From Vicugna vicugna (taxonomy: Eukaryota): a stretch of DNA of 64,000 nucleotides. A model generated the notes under the pieces. The model was not told where the DNA came from and did not search any database. It saw nothing but the letters and a program-made list of their open reading frames with translations. This document shows, piece after piece, positions 1-13,510 of this stretch (its first letter is position 1; the number at the start of each line of letters is the position of its first letter). The stretch covers positions 1,242,001 through 1,306,000 of the forward strand of contig MU058153.1 in assembly GCA_013265495.1 (NCBI GenBank), read 5' to 3'. Position numbers and translations under genes: made by a program.

Positions 1-1269
1 ATGTGGACTCCAGCTCTCACACACATAAAAACACTGCCTTAGAGATTCTCAAGACCCTTTCCTCTCCAGAAGAGATGCATTCTACTCATTCTCCTTGTCA
101 CTGATGGATGTTTCTCATATCCCTCAGGTGTACATGGAGTCAGAATATTGGCTGACAACCATAAATTCAGATCCTTTTGCTTTTTTCCGGTACGTTCTTT
201 CCTCCAAGTCTCAAGGATTGTGAACTTGTGGATCTGGTGAAAATAAAGAACATGGAAGAGCTTTGGCCACAATCTATGTGAAGTATCAAAATGATAATAT
301 TTCTGTTCATGTGGTTATTTATAAAAGTTTGTGATCAGGCCAAAGACAGCTCCTAGGAGGACATTACATCCATGTCTGTAGAACTGTATAACCCAATATA
401 GAATAATTTATTTAGATCTGAGAGGTAAAAATGGAGTCATATTTTTCTTCCTTCTCTTCTTTGTTCTATGCTTGTCATTATTTATGATGTATTTATTGAG
501 AACTTTAATACAAACTATGTCCCAAGTTCTGTGTTTTCCAATACAATGCGTGCACCATTACTGGAAATCAAATCCATTTCCGTACAGAATCTGAAAGATT
601 ATTTCACCCAGTTTGTGAAATGAAGTGCTGCCTAGCAACGACAAGTGAATGATGACAGGCAAAAGCTTCCTGACTTGATGTGGTCCTATATTCTGTCATC
701 ATAAGTGATCTTTCAGGATTTTCATGGTCATCCTCTCCTTCCTACACATGTTTTGAAAGCATCTTTCTGAATCTTGAGCTTTCTCTTTGGGAAGGAATTC
801 AACATGTAATAGCTTAACTCAGGGCAATTTCTTTCAACTCTTCACGGTTTTATCATATATGATTCAGTGAATGACATAAGTGTCATTTCTGAGACACTGG
901 TGTATTACTCAAAGTATACTTGTTTGGGTATGACATGTTTCTCCATCAGTGAGCTCTATGGCATTTTTCAAAGATGTGGGGATTCAGGCAAGGTATTTGG
1001 TCATGGTGAAACAAACAAACTTGTATTACTGTCTTTTTTTCTAACCATTTTGATCTTTCTCGCTTCATGCACACAAAGAAAAGTGCTATTTGGGTTTATA
1101 AATATTTGTAGAAGTACATTTAACCTGAACTTTGAAATCTCCATTAAGCTTCGAAGTAAAATGCACATTATTTACTCAGATAATCTGTAGAGTACAACAA
1201 GCAGGCATTCCATTCCAGGGTTAGAATAGCACTCTTATTTAACTGCCCAACCCATTTATTATATTAATA

Positions 1270-1460
1270 ATATTAATTCACTAGGCCTTGTGCTGAGCTT
1301 TATTATGTGTATTCTTAATCGCCCCAGACAGCCTGTGGGAGAGGTACTATCATTTTCTCTAATTTACATATGAAAAATTAAAGATTAACAAGGTTTAAAA
1401 TAATGAGCAAGCAACAGAATTAGGATTCAAACACAGGGAGTCTGATTGCAGATTCCTTGA
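1270..1460 (-). mobile_element. MIR SINE (degenerate)
   Basis: Resembles the reverse complement of the MIR core: 'cctgtgggagaggtactatcattttctctaatttacatatgaaaaattaaagatt...ggattcaaacacagggagtctg'. Confidence 0.7.
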
Positions 1461-2099
1461 ATTTATTTACAGAGCTAAACTACTTTATACAAGTTTGCTG
1501 TAGAGTATCCAAAAAAAAAAAAAAGATGTGTAGTACCTACTCAGCAACTCTTTACTATTTTAAAATTAGAAGGAATAGTGCTAATTGTCCCAGAAAAGCA
1601 GAGATCCCCACCTCAGATATCGTTAATTTATCATCCTCTTTACTAATGCGTATCATATACAAGCTGATTGTACCTATGTATGTGGTGCCATCTTGAATTG
1701 CTGTTTCTGCTTGCTAGATATATGACCAACGTCTCAATTATTTTACATGTAAAAGAGGATCATAGAAAACTCCATTTGCATAAATGAGATGACTTATGCC
1801 AATTCCCTAATGTGGCGCCCAATATAAAAATGTCAACATGCATTAATTCCTTTTCCTCAGACATAATCACCATGCTCTAGCTTGAGTTGCAAGTTTCTAG
1901 AAATATTCATCAGGCATTTTCTAAAAAAACATATTTCAAAATGTGACTTGTTTTCTGATTTTAAAAGCAATGCATGTCCTTTGTAGACTATTTGAAAATT
2001 ACAGGATGTATTATAAAGGATAAATAAAAACCAATTTGAGCACTGTGAGAAAACAGATGGCACACTCAATCCAAATGATTTTGGCAAGGTTTAGAGAGA

Positions 2100-2440
2100 T
2101 TAAGAAGTTTCCAGGAGGCCCAGTACAAGGGAGTCCTTCCCACCCTTAGAACTGCACGGAGAAGTAGAGAGATTGTTAGTGGAGGAGTGGCTGTAAGTAT
2201 TGGGTTGCCCGAGAGAAGCCTTCGCCTTCATTAAAGGAATACAGCCAAGTCACAAAGATGGCGGAAATGAATTCCCCAACATCCTCCTCCTATTGACTCT
2301 TCAGGTCCTTCAAGGGACTTCCACTGCCTAAACCCAAAAAGAAGCCAGAAATCAAGCGAACCAAGGAAAAGCAAACTTCAAGGTCAGCCTCCCAGTACAG
2401 AATACGATGCAGGAGGGCAAAGAGTGGATCTGAATACTCT
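2100..2440. mobile_element. Old ERVL-type LTR fragment (LTR33/LTR16-like)
   Basis: 'gaagccagaaatcaag...ggtcagcctcccagtacag...ggagggcaaagagtggatctg' resembles the end of ancient ERVL LTRs, from memory of the consensus. Confidence 0.4.
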
Positions 2441-2889
2441 AGAGAGTCAGCACCTGGAGTGACTTGGTCCTTCTAGTTGGTAAGACAGCATTCCATTGAA
2501 GGATATACTAAATAACTTAATTTGGTGGTGCTGAGGGTTAGGCTCAGGATGTACTTATGCTGTCATTGGGTAGCACATTGTAAAGTGTCTGTGCAATTCA
2601 TCATGGTGTGATCTATTTCTCCTGTTTTAATATTTCATAATCAACCTGAGAGTATCTCTATATTCCAGCATCATAAAGCTTATCTGAACAACTGGAATAA
2701 AAATGAGTACACATTAGTCACGTTGTGCTTGCTCCTTGACCTTTATCCATTTAGTCTGAAAAAGTCCCAACCATCGTCATGAGCAAACCTCCAATTGCCT
2801 TAATTGTCTCAGTTTTACTTCTGTATATCTCTTCCTATTTCCTTAGCGTTTAGTGTTCTCGTAGCCAATGCATGGTGTGACTATTGCAT

Positions 2890-3450
2890 TGGTTCAGACC
2901 TTTTTTTTCTGGTTATAAATATCAGAAATAGAATCCAAACTAGTTTAAACAAAAGAACTTGTTGGCTTGCATATCTTTAAATTACTCAAGTATAGTTGGG
3001 AAAAATGTACAGCTGGTCTAGAGGCTCAAGACTAATATCATAATGACTCTTTTTCTTATATAATGTTTATGAGTATAGAAAGATCTATCTGCATCCCTAT
3101 TATATATTTATCTACTTATTCATCTATCTCTATGTCCATATATGTAACTATATACACCTAGAAATACATGTTGTATCTGTATCTATAGTCGTATCTACAT
3201 CTTGCCACTGTTTTCCTCTAGATTGGCTATATTCCCAAGTGGACTGTCTTCACATTCAGAAGTTGTACGGGTGGCCATTGGCAGTTCCAGGTGATAGACT
3301 AACATCTCAGCGACCCAGAGGCAAGAGAACCCCTTTGGTATTTCTAGCAAAAGCCTCTGTGATGATTCGTATAGCCTACCTTGGGCCATTTCACCATCAC
3401 TGAATAAATCACCACAGACAGAGAGACAGGAAGGCTAGGTCAAATCTGTC
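2890..3450 (-). mobile_element. Old MaLR LTR (MLT1J/K/N-like) with an AT-rich low-complexity insert
   Basis: Starts 'ggttataaatatcagaaatagaatccaaactagtttaaacaaaagaacttgttggct', typical of reverse-strand MLT1 termini. A TATC/TA-rich tract lies at about 3060-3200. Confidence 0.5.
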
Positions 3451-4291
3451 GGTGTTTTGCTTTTGTGTATCAGTCTGGATATTTCATGGCATTTTTGGGT
3501 GAGGTATATAGCTAAAAATTAGGTTTCAGTGACACGACTCTACTATCTAGAAGGATCTCTGGGAGGAGAGATAATGTCAGTCTGGGAGAAAATGGATAAA
3601 TTATTTGAAACCAACCTAGTCAATATCCTAAGGGCAGAAGGAAGAGATAAGAATTACTTACTAAAAGACAGACAATAACTTGTAAGGTGGATTAGTTACT
3701 AGGAAAGATTTTAAAAGATGTCCAAGAAACTTCAATACACCTAAAAAAGTCAATTTTGGAATAAAATATGTTCTCCAAACTTCTTAAAAATAAAATGGAA
3801 GGTAAATAAAGCACATTAACTATGGCAGCTGAAAGCAAAATGGTCTTTCATAGTCATAATTTGTATATCTGGAAAATCGGTTTAAATAATTCTTAACCAT
3901 TAACCAACCATTAATGTAAATAAAAGATCCTGGAAATATGATTCAAATAATATGAAAGCTCTGCCACGCTAGTAGAGCAATAAATGTGTAAATGAAAATA
4001 TAATTCAAACCAATAGATCTTTCAAACCAACAAAATAAAGCTATGGTCTTGCTTGTTCTGTAAACACTTTCAATTATGTGTGTATTAAGTTGCTTCCTAA
4101 TCTCTTACATTTGCTAATCTGAATTCTCTAGTGCCATCTCTTTAGAGAAGGTCTCTAAAAATAAAGTGCATATGCAAGAAACCATAGTCTCTAAATTTAA
4201 TGAGTTATGTTAATCCAAGATATAAATCTGTCTGCTTTGGGTAGCACTGAATTAAGCCCTCTGAATTATTAAACCTTGGGGTATAAAATGA

Positions 4292-4893
4292 TGTGGTAGA
4301 CACAATTCTAAGAGCCCCAAGATGCCTGCCTCCTGTGTACTCACTCTCCCAGTATAATCTCCTCCCTTTCATTGTGGGTTCAACTGTGAATATGGTGGGA
4401 TAGCATGTGCATGACAGAATACATTATATAGCAAATGTGGAGGAATTTTTCAGATGTCGTCAAGGTCCGCAGTCAGATGACTCTGAGTTATCTAAGGGAA
4501 GGGTATGCTAGCAAAGTCTGAACTAATCAGGTGAGTCTACTAAATATGGTCTAGAAGAGACAGAAAATTAGTAACAAATGGGCTCTTGTTAGTCATGGAG
4601 AGGGCTATGTGGCAGAAAATGATAGGCAGAATCTAGGAGCTGGGAGCTACACTCCTACAACCACAAGAAATATATTTTGTCAACAATGAGATTAGAAGAA
4701 GACCCTGAGCCTCAAAGGGAATTACAGCCTTAACCACCACCATGCTGCAACCTTGCTAGACCCTGAGCAGAGAATTGATGTAAACTGTGCCCAGATCCAT
4801 AACCTGTGGAAACTGTGAGATAACAAAGATGTGTTGTTCTAAGCTGCTAAATTTGTGATAATTTGTTACACAGCTGCAGAAGACACATGAACA
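4292..4893 (+). mobile_element. MaLR LTR, MLT1E/F-like solo LTR
   Basis: TG...CA termini. 5' end 'tgtggtagacacaattctaagagcccc'; 3' end 'aactgtgagataacaaagatgtgttgttctaagctgctaaatttgtgataatttgttacacagc', characteristic of MLT1. Confidence 0.85.
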
Positions 4894-6209
4894 TGGCTTA
4901 TCCACATTTTGTAATACAAAGTTACTTACCGTTTCCATAGGTAATTTCTCCTATTCTCAGAATATTCAGATAAACAGTGCAGTAATTCAGGATTTGTCTC
5001 TGCTCAGTAAGAAAGTCATTCTACTCAAGACCTTTCTGCTAGAAAATAAAAATTCTTTTTCTACATTTGTTTTGTATTTCTTAAACCACATTTTAATAAT
5101 CCTGAAAATTCCATGCATTGTAAATTATGTTTCCATACTAAAGCACATTCCTGAGTTAGGAGCTCTGAAATGAGAGACAGAGGCAGCTCAGGAGTTCCAG
5201 CCTTAGTGTTACTCCCTTTAGTGTTGTCACCAGTGGAAAAAGAGAAGCATTTTCCCTACTTCTGAGGTCAGGAGCTACAGTGCAATTCATTCCTCACCCC
5301 CAGGGCTTAATTTATGACTGAGAACATGAGGAACATTAGAAAACAAAGAACTTTAGATTTTTTTTTTCTTTTTAAACTTCTCTTCCATTAGCAATCTGAC
5401 TAGCTAAGTAATTATGAGTGAGGATGTTTTGAAAAGGAGATTGGCGCAACATACATGTATCCACTACAAGGTCAAGTTACGGGTTATCCCAGAGTCATCT
5501 AGAATTTCATTAGAGAAGACTAGCTCGACATTGTGTCATGTCCAATGTCTACTAATGCAAGGTGATGTTTTTGGGGGTAGGAGTGGGGAAAAGGCAGATG
5601 ACTGCTTTATCTAATAATAACTCAAAGAGCAGTGTGAGCCTTGCCAAGTACTGTTGAAAGACAAAGGCAAAAAATAAATGAATAAAAATTCAGAATTTTG
5701 TGAGTAAACTCCAAATTTTGGGATAGAATATTTGATGTTGAAACCACTACATTTTATTTTATTTATACATTTTATTTATTTGTATGAAGATGTATGGGTA
5801 TTTATATATTTTAGAGAAACTCGTTCCCCAGAAGGCAGTCAGGGAAGGAGAGTGGGCATTTACAGCATTAAGTTTCTATTAGACTATGAACTTGAAGGCC
5901 TCTTTTTTTTTTTTTTTTTGGTACCCATGACTCCAAAATAGAGATTAAATGAATAAATGGATGAATGGGTGACCAGTTCACTCACTATTTATCAGAGCAG
6001 AAATCATAAAATCTAGTCAACAGAATGATCCCACTGCCCTGCCTTTTGGTGATCAAACAGCAAATGGAAGCTATCATATTAGACACTCACAGCTGGAAGT
6101 GAAAAAAAAATGATAGAAAAAAGTACGTGTTGCTGAAGGATAAAGCAGAGTTCCATTTATTGTGAGTTCGCAGTTGCTTCCGAGAGTTGCAGTGGTAGCT
6201 TCCATCTTT

Positions 6210-6800
6210 GTATAACAAACATTTTAGAGTGACCAACAGGTTCCAGGTACTGTGCTAGGAATTACAGATACAGAAATAATAAGTTCCTGCCATCAAGGAC
6301 AAACTCATATATAAACCATGAAAACCCAGCACGGTAAATAAACGCTAATATATTTTGCAAGATTATGCAGGATTATATGGGGCCCTCCTAATGCAGATTT
6401 GATGAGTGTGTGTTGGGCAGAGAAAGGGAACAGTGAGGGGGTTGTCTAAAGATTCCCAGGAGTAGTAATATCTAAATTGAGTTTTGAAAAATGAGTAGGA
6501 ATTCTTAGTAGAAGAAGGGATATTCTAAGCAGAGAATGATGTATAAAAATAGGTGAGATCACAGAAGCAGTGAAGAGAATGAACTTTTAAAGGAGCATAA
6601 CTCAAGGCAGGAAGGCTATTAGAAGTCTCTATGTGATAATGGTGGAAAGTTACAAGGACCTGGGCTAAAGTCATGCAGGAGGATGGGATCAGTGAAGTCG
6701 GGCTTGACAGAAATTAAGGATAAATCAGATAGGACCCAGTGACTATAAATGTAGTGCCTGAACCCAACAGAGGAGAAAGGGACCATTTATTTCCAGGTGA
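6210..6800 (-). mobile_element. L2 LINE 3' fragment
   Basis: 'ccaggtactgtgctaggaattacagatacagaaataataagttcctgccatcaagga...tctaaattgagttttgaaaaatgagtaggaatt' resembles a reverse-strand L2 3' region. Confidence 0.65.
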
Positions 6801-7643
6801 CGTCCTCAGTTACATAGTGATTAAATGGTAGGACCAAGAATTCACCCAGGTCTGTCTGAGCCCTAAACATATGATGCTGTCTTCAGTTACATGATGATCC
6901 TTTTTTGCTTATTTTTTAATAAAGAAGAAAGCTTCACAAGCCCTACAAACATTTAAAGTTATATTATATTCCATCATATTCTTTTATAAAAAAAAATTAA
7001 GGAGAAGACTTCATAATACCACTGGGTAGCCGTAAGAGCATTCAAACGAGAGGAAGCTGAAAATGTGAGTTAGGCAGCCATGGAAAGTTGGTGAGGTGAG
7101 GAGGGGCACATGGGCAGGCTGGTGGAAACATGGACGTAGATGGTATGTTCTAATTAAAGAGTCAAGACACACGAAGCAGGAAAGACAGAAAGCAAAAAGT
7201 CCAAAATGAATCCAAAGTACACAAGTCCAAGCTATAAATCAGAGAAATCCATTTAGGATGCAGATATTTAGAAACCCAAACAGGCAGGCAACATTAAGGA
7301 GATCCAGTTAACAGAAAGAAAAAGGTTTATTTACTGGGAGTCAGAGGGACAAAGGTAACAATTTCAACTCTGGGAAAAAATAAAATACTAGACAAGGTCC
7401 CAATCACTGTTGAATAAGAAAGAACCCGTTCTTGAAGAACTAGAACACCTTGGTCTAAGTAAAGCTCCTGGCAAGGTTAATTCACTGTTACTTTGTAAAT
7501 AAGTTGCTGACAGAAAGACTCCTGTACTTCCCCCATGAGAACATGATCTGAGTAGGGGTCGAACATCTAGAAAGATTTAGTGGATTCTGCTATACAAGCT
7601 ACAGAGTTACAAGGGCAAGGTGCCGGGAAGGTCATTGCGGATA

Positions 7644-7730
7644 TTTTTTTCCTTTCTTTCCTTTCTTTCCTTTCTTTCCCTTCTTTCCTTTCTTTCTTTC
7701 TTTCTTTCTCTTTCTTTCTTTCTTTCTTTC

Positions 7731-7816
<86 letters not shown>

Positions 7817-7870
7817 TTCCTTCCTTCCTTCCTTCCTTCCTTCCTTTCTTCGTTTCTTTCTTTCTTCGTT

Positions 7871-7938
<68 letters not shown>

Positions 7939-7979
7939 TTTCTTTTCTTTTCTTTTCTATTCTTTTCTTTCTTTCCCTT
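7644..7979. repeat. Compound pyrimidine microsatellite (TTTC)n-(TTCC)n-(TTTC)n, about 335 bp
   Basis: Directly visible. It accounts for the F/L/S-rich ORFs 7580-7993 and 7620-8003. Confidence 0.98.
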
Positions 7980-8109
7980 GTGACTTTCAGTGACTTAAGT
8001 TAAGCAAGAATTGGAATTACATTTGCCAAGTGCTTACACACATGCAAATTCTGTTTGTCCTTTTCTAGTTAATGTATTTTCCCACCTCTGAGATTTTCTT
8101 ACGGCTCCC

Positions 8110-8340
8110 TGGCAGTATGATGCAGCTAAAATTCTGTGTAGCCTTTGAAATATGAAAGACTTCAGTTCAAGAGCCAGTTTAACATTTACTTGCTATTTGG
8201 GTATGGATAGCTATTTAAAGTCTTGAAGTTCACTTTATTCACCCATAATATGGGTATTGATAGTAATATACACACCTTACAATGTTACCTGAGATTACAT
8301 AATTTGTGGGAATATTTAGAAAATGCAAAGAACTAATAAA
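8110..8340 (+). mobile_element. MIR SINE (degenerate)
   Basis: Head 'ggcagtatgatgcagc', core 'cactttattcacccataatatgggtattgatagta', and 'ccttacaatgttacctgagatta'. Confidence 0.6.
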
Positions 8341-9009
8341 ACCGATAGATACCATATAATTTCAGAAGTAAATGAATGGTATTAAAATCTGTAATTTTCC
8401 CATGAATCAAGATGAATTTGTTTTTTTCTTTAAAAAAAATTGAGCTTGAGGGCTCAATACAAATTTGAAATTAAATCAAACTAAAATTCTGTATAACTTA
8501 GTTTTTATGAACAGAGTTAAAGATTAATTGACCATTCAGATATATTCTGGGCATATTTTAATGAGTTATCTTTCTAATTTTTTATTCTTAATGAAAATGC
8601 ACATAGAGCAGGTAGTTTTTATAATCTATTTAACAATAGCTCCAAAATTCTGTGCAAGATAATAGATTGCATTTTGCATGCACTTTGGAATTTCTTTGCT
8701 CTGTAACTCTTCAAGTGTCAAATTCTAGCTAATTTTTCTGTTAAAGATGCATCAAAGATGTCTTCATCTATCAGAAGATACTGCAATTAATGTTTAATAA
8801 GGTCTTAAACCTGCTGAAATTTGATCATTCTGTAGTACCTGGTGAAAGTTTGTAATCAAGAAGTGTGCCAGTTTTTAGCACCAAATTACACATGAAAGTC
8901 CACTTCATTCCATGTATTGATGAATTAGAAAAAGAAGATACCTGATGTGTACCAAGTATCCTAAGGTTGACTCAACTCCATAGCTATTTCTTCATTTTCA
9001 GAGATGGTG

Positions 9010-9235
9010 AGTCATGGTGGTTAAAAGTACAGGCAATGGAGTTAGACAGCTGTGGCCTTGGGATGGATTCTACCACCACTGTGGTCATGGGCTCTTAAAC
9101 TGCACAAGCCACTGTTTTGCCACCCTTCAACAGGAAACTAGCAAAGTCTGAGGAAACCACCTCAATGAGTTGTTCATGTTGGTCAAGATAAGTGAGCACC
9201 AGCACAGAGAAAGCATTTAGGGGCTGTTAGTTGTT
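9010..9235 (+). mobile_element. MIR SINE (degenerate)
   Basis: 'gtggttaaaagtacaggcaatggagttagacagc...cctcaatgagttgttcatg...aaagcatttag'. Confidence 0.6.
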
Positions 9236-9411
9236 GTTGCTGTAGAAGCGTAGAGCTCTTTAATTTTGCTTTAGAGCTTGCCTTCAGTTAGATCTCCATT
9301 TGGATATCTAGCCAGATTGTAGCACACAATCTGATTGGGATGCTGTAAATGTGAAACAAAGCATGGAACTGGCTGATGGCATCCACATGTGGGAATAGAT
9401 GTTGTAGATGT

Positions 9412-9901
9412 TGTATTAGTTTCTCGTGGCTGCTACAACAAATTACCACAAACTTCATGACTTAAAACAGCGGAAATTCATTCTCTCACTGTTCTAGAGA
9501 CCAGAAACCCGTTGTGAGTTTCTGTGGACTGAAATCCCAGTGTTGGTCAGGCTGGTCCCCCCAGGAAGCTCTACCAGAGAGCCCATTTCCTGCTTCTTCC
9601 TGTTTCCGGTGGCCGCCAGAGTTCCTTGCCTTGTGAGGCATCCCTCCAGTGTCCGTCTTCATGGTCACATTGCCTTCTCCTCTTCTCCAATCACTGTCTA
9701 AGTCCCCCTTTTATAAGAGGGCTTATGAATACATATGATTTCAGTAAGAGCTTACCTGGATAATTCAGGATAATCTCCCCATTTCAAGATCCTTAATTTA
9801 ATTTCATCTGCAAAGTCTTTTCTGCCATCTAAGGTCACATTCATAGGTTTCATGGGTCAGGACATGGATATCATTTAAGGACCATTAATTACTCTATAGC
9901 A
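9412..9901 (-). mobile_element. MaLR LTR, MLT1C/D-like solo LTR
   Basis: 'tgtattagtttctcgtggctgctacaacaaattaccacaaactt...ggataatctccccatttcaagatccttaatttaa...tcacattcataggttt...ggacatggatatc' matches reverse-strand MLT1. Confidence 0.9.
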
Positions 9902-9966
9902 GATAGCCATGAAAATTTTCATGTACTCACAACTGGAATCTGGACAGGAAAATTTTTATAGATGCT

Positions 9967-10400
9967 GTATTTGTTAGGATTAGGTTAAACTGAAAATAAT
10001 GGAGGCCTTAAAATTACAGTGGTGTAAACACAAAAGCTTTATTTTTCTCTCATTAAAATAAGTCTAAGAGTAGAACATTCACACACGTATAAGGACCAGG
10101 CACCCTCCATCTTCTTACTCCACCATCCTTGGCATGTCAGCTCAGGAGTCAGCATAGTAGCTAAACCTTCCTTCAGTCATTGAGTTCATGTTCCAGTTGG
10201 CACAGAACAAGAAAGGAAGGATTTACAGGGCTTTCTGGAGCGCTCTACCAAGTAACTTTGCCTACCCTGACTGGATTCTCCAATTTGCAAAGGAAGTTTT
10301 CAGAAGGGCTCAATTTCCAGTTTCTTAATACCAAAATGATGAGGAGAATGAACATTGATGAGTCAGATAACCAATGCCAAATTAGCTAGATAGCTGTTCT
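9967..10400 (-). mobile_element. Old MaLR LTR (MLT1J/K/L-like)
   Basis: 'ttaggattaggttaaactgaaaataat...cagtggtgtaaacacaaaagcttttatttttctctc...ccctccatcttcttactccaccatccttggcatgt'. Confidence 0.55.
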
Positions 10401-10479
10401 GATTTAAACATCAACCAGAGAAGACTTACTTTCTCCTCAAGAGCTATTTACATTAGCGACAACCATAATAAAATTTTCA

Positions 10480-12330
10480 TTTTTACTTTATTGTATTAGA
10501 AGGATAGTGATAATTATCTGTATATTTAAAAATCAACTGTATTAAAAATTAGCATTTAGCCATATTTGTTTTACCACTCTGTTCATCTGTCCATCATTTT
10601 ATTTATCTATCTTATCTATCTAATCTTTTCAACCAGTTGAGAGATTGAATGTAAGCTGTGCAAGTCATGACAATTTACTCAATACTTCAGTTTCTTCTAA
10701 AAATAAGAATCACTGCAATATCATCACACCTAAAAAAACTAACAATGATTTTCCAATATTAGCTAGTGTAGTATTAATGCTTAAATGCCTTCCTTTGTCT
10801 CAAAAAAAATTCAACACAGTATTTTTTTTAAAACCAGAGTTAAAGTTTATGCATCATATCAATTAGACCTTTTAGTATTTTTAATCTGTAATTCCTCATT
10901 TTCCCCTCAATGTTGACTATTTGAAAAAACTGGCCAGTTCTCCTATAAAACATTTTACATTCTGGCTTTGTCAGATTGTTCCTTGTGGAGTGTATTAATT
11001 TTTTTTCCTATCTCCTTTATATTGTAAACTGTAAGTTAGGCCTAAAGATTTGATTTTTGCCTTTGGCAAAACAATGCTGTATATTTTATTTTGCATCATA
11101 TCAGGAGGCACATATTGTCAGGTTGTGTCACTGTTGGTGATTCAAAGTCTGGCAACTCTGTACATTTGATAGATCCTTTCTTTGAGAAGGTTGGTTTCTC
11201 TCTTGGCTATTAGCAAATAACCTGAAGGATGTCTTTGGCACCATGAGACTCATGAGACTGATGGTTTTAGCATTCATTGCTCTCTGAAAGTATGAGTTCT
11301 CTAGGGGCTTCAAAGTCGTGTTTTTTTCTATCATATTCATTCCAGACATTCACAGGTATTCTGAGAAAAGACCTTGCCACCACAACTGGGGATGAACATG
11401 TAATCTTTCAATTGACTAATTCTTTTCTTTCAATGGATATGTTAGAAACCTGATACACAGTTAGAATGAATTAACCAGTTAGTTTCCAAGTCTCAGTCTT
11501 GCACCTTTTAAAGTTATTTTACTTTTCAGGTATATAAAGCATTTAAATAACTCAGGAATGCAAACTCAGGAAAGGTTTGCTTTTATTATTCCACCTCAGT
11601 TTCCACCATCCTAAATCCTACAACTAATAACTATCAGTTTCTTGTTTATGCTTCCTGCCATCTTTCTTGCCTAATATATCCTTGTTTCCACTCCTTTCTC
11701 ATATTGAAAAATGACTACCAAGTATATTGATCTTCATTATGACTTCCTTGTCTTGAAGATCACTCCAAAATAAGATACAGAAAACTCCCTTGATTCATTT
11801 GCTTATTTGTGTGTTTAATTTTAAGGATGCTGTAATATTCCATTGTTTTTATGTCCATTGTTTTTATCTAGGTTGTTTAAAATACTTTTCTTTTACAATT
11901 AATGCTACAGTGAATAACTTTGTGCATATTTTATTTTATACTTCCAAAGAAGTAGATAGATTCCTAGAGATGAGATTATTGAATCAGAGAACAAAAATAT
12001 TTTTTAGGAGATACTAGAAAATTTTCATACATTGGACTTGTACATTTTGTACTCAAACCAGAAGTATATGAGAGTATCTTTTCCTTTCCAGCCTTTCCAA
12101 TAGAGAATATTACCAGACTTAATTTTTTGCCAAATTGATGAGTGTAGCATATTATTTCAGTACTGCTTTAGTTTACGTATTACTAATTTTGAGTTAATAA
12201 GTTTAACACCTTTTATACATTTTAGAACCATTTGCTTCTCTTTTACAATGAATTGTGTTTTCTTTATTTCTGGAGGGTTTTTTTTTTAGATTATTGTTTT
12301 TAACATTATTTTTGTTTAAGTGTTTTTTAT
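10480..12330 (-). mobile_element. Ancient L1 3'-end fragments (L1MC4/5- and L1ME-like)
   Basis: T-rich, with L1 3' UTR/ORF2-end phrases such as 'cacacctaaaaaaactaacaatg', 'tgcatcatatcaggaggcacatattgtcagg' and 'aatgctacagtgaataactttgtgcatat...ttcctagagatgagattattgaatcaga'. Confidence 0.65.
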
Positions 12331-13510
12331 TATTCTCTTCAAAGAATCATATAACATGTATATTGGATATTCATTGCCTGTCTTCTATATTAAATTACAT
12401 CAAAGGTAATTTTGACCTATTTTTACTTTAATTTAATATATTTGGGGTTCCTCTAATTTCCCCTAACTCCTGTCTTCTTCAATGTCCCATTTGGTAGAAT
12501 ATGCTCTTTCTTGCTTTCCTTTGAAGTCGTTTTTTATTTTAAACATCATTTGGCCTTTTTATTCTTTCTTTTTGCAATCAGTCAACAAGTATTTCAATCT
12601 TCTTTATTTTGCCCACTTTTATTCAGAGTGCTTGCATTTCCAATGTGTGTTTTTTCTTCCATGCCTACAATTACTTGTTTTAATTATTTAATTCATGGTG
12701 GCTGTGCTTTATTTTGTATTCTACATTGTGGGTCACATTAGCTTACGTCTTTGCAGCAAGACGTGGAGTGTTCCTATTTTTCAGCCCGTTACCATGTTTC
12801 CTTACCATGGAAGAGTTCTCCCTCTCTCTCTCTCTTTTTTTCCTAATACAAGATGTTTTGAGCCTTGAGGAATTCTTTTTCCTTTTCATCCTCTCCTTGA
12901 TCTCATCACTACAGGAGAGTTTTCTTCTCCCTCCAGCTCTGCCCGCATCTCCAATAAGCTGCTGCCGTGCATGAGGTAATGCCCAGGGCTCCTCGGGGGC
13001 TTCTTCCTCAGCTTTCACACCCTAAACCCGGCCACAGATCATTGCTGGAGCACAGAAAGGTCTGGCACAACTGGGAGGGATTTCCCTGTGCTCAGCCGTG
13101 GGTATTCTGTGAGTGTGTCATCCCCTGAGGACCCCGGGAAAAGATGTTCAGGTGAATGGAGACTTACACCGGGAATGCGGGAATTGTAAGACATCATGCC
13201 AACCTAATGGAGACAGTGGAAATTTGTTAAAAGCTTGGCTTTTTTCTCTTTACCCCTATTCATGGTACATTCACTCATTTGGGTTTTTTTTTTTTTTGCC
13301 ATTTTATTAAGAATGAAGCCAGATATGGAGTTTTTCTCACCTAGGTAGGTATTGTCTCTTTCTGGAATTTAGTTTACTTAGGTTTTTTGTACCCTCAGCT
13401 ATTCTGATAGGTTATCGGAAGCTGTGATTCATTTTTTTTTCCCCTCTGATGGTTAGGGTAGAAGAAACGGTCTCATTCAACTTTCTATGCCCTATCTGAA
13501 AACTCGTTAT
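12330..13510 (-). mobile_element. Probable ancient L1/HAL1 5' region fragment
   Basis: T-rich sequence ending 'ggttagggtagaagaaacggtctcattcaactttctatgccctatctgaaa', resembling 5' ends of old L1M elements. Confidence 0.4.

Noticed and set aside
7580..8003. 137-aa and 127-aa F/L/S-rich ORFs
   Set aside because: They are translations of the (TTTC)n microsatellite.
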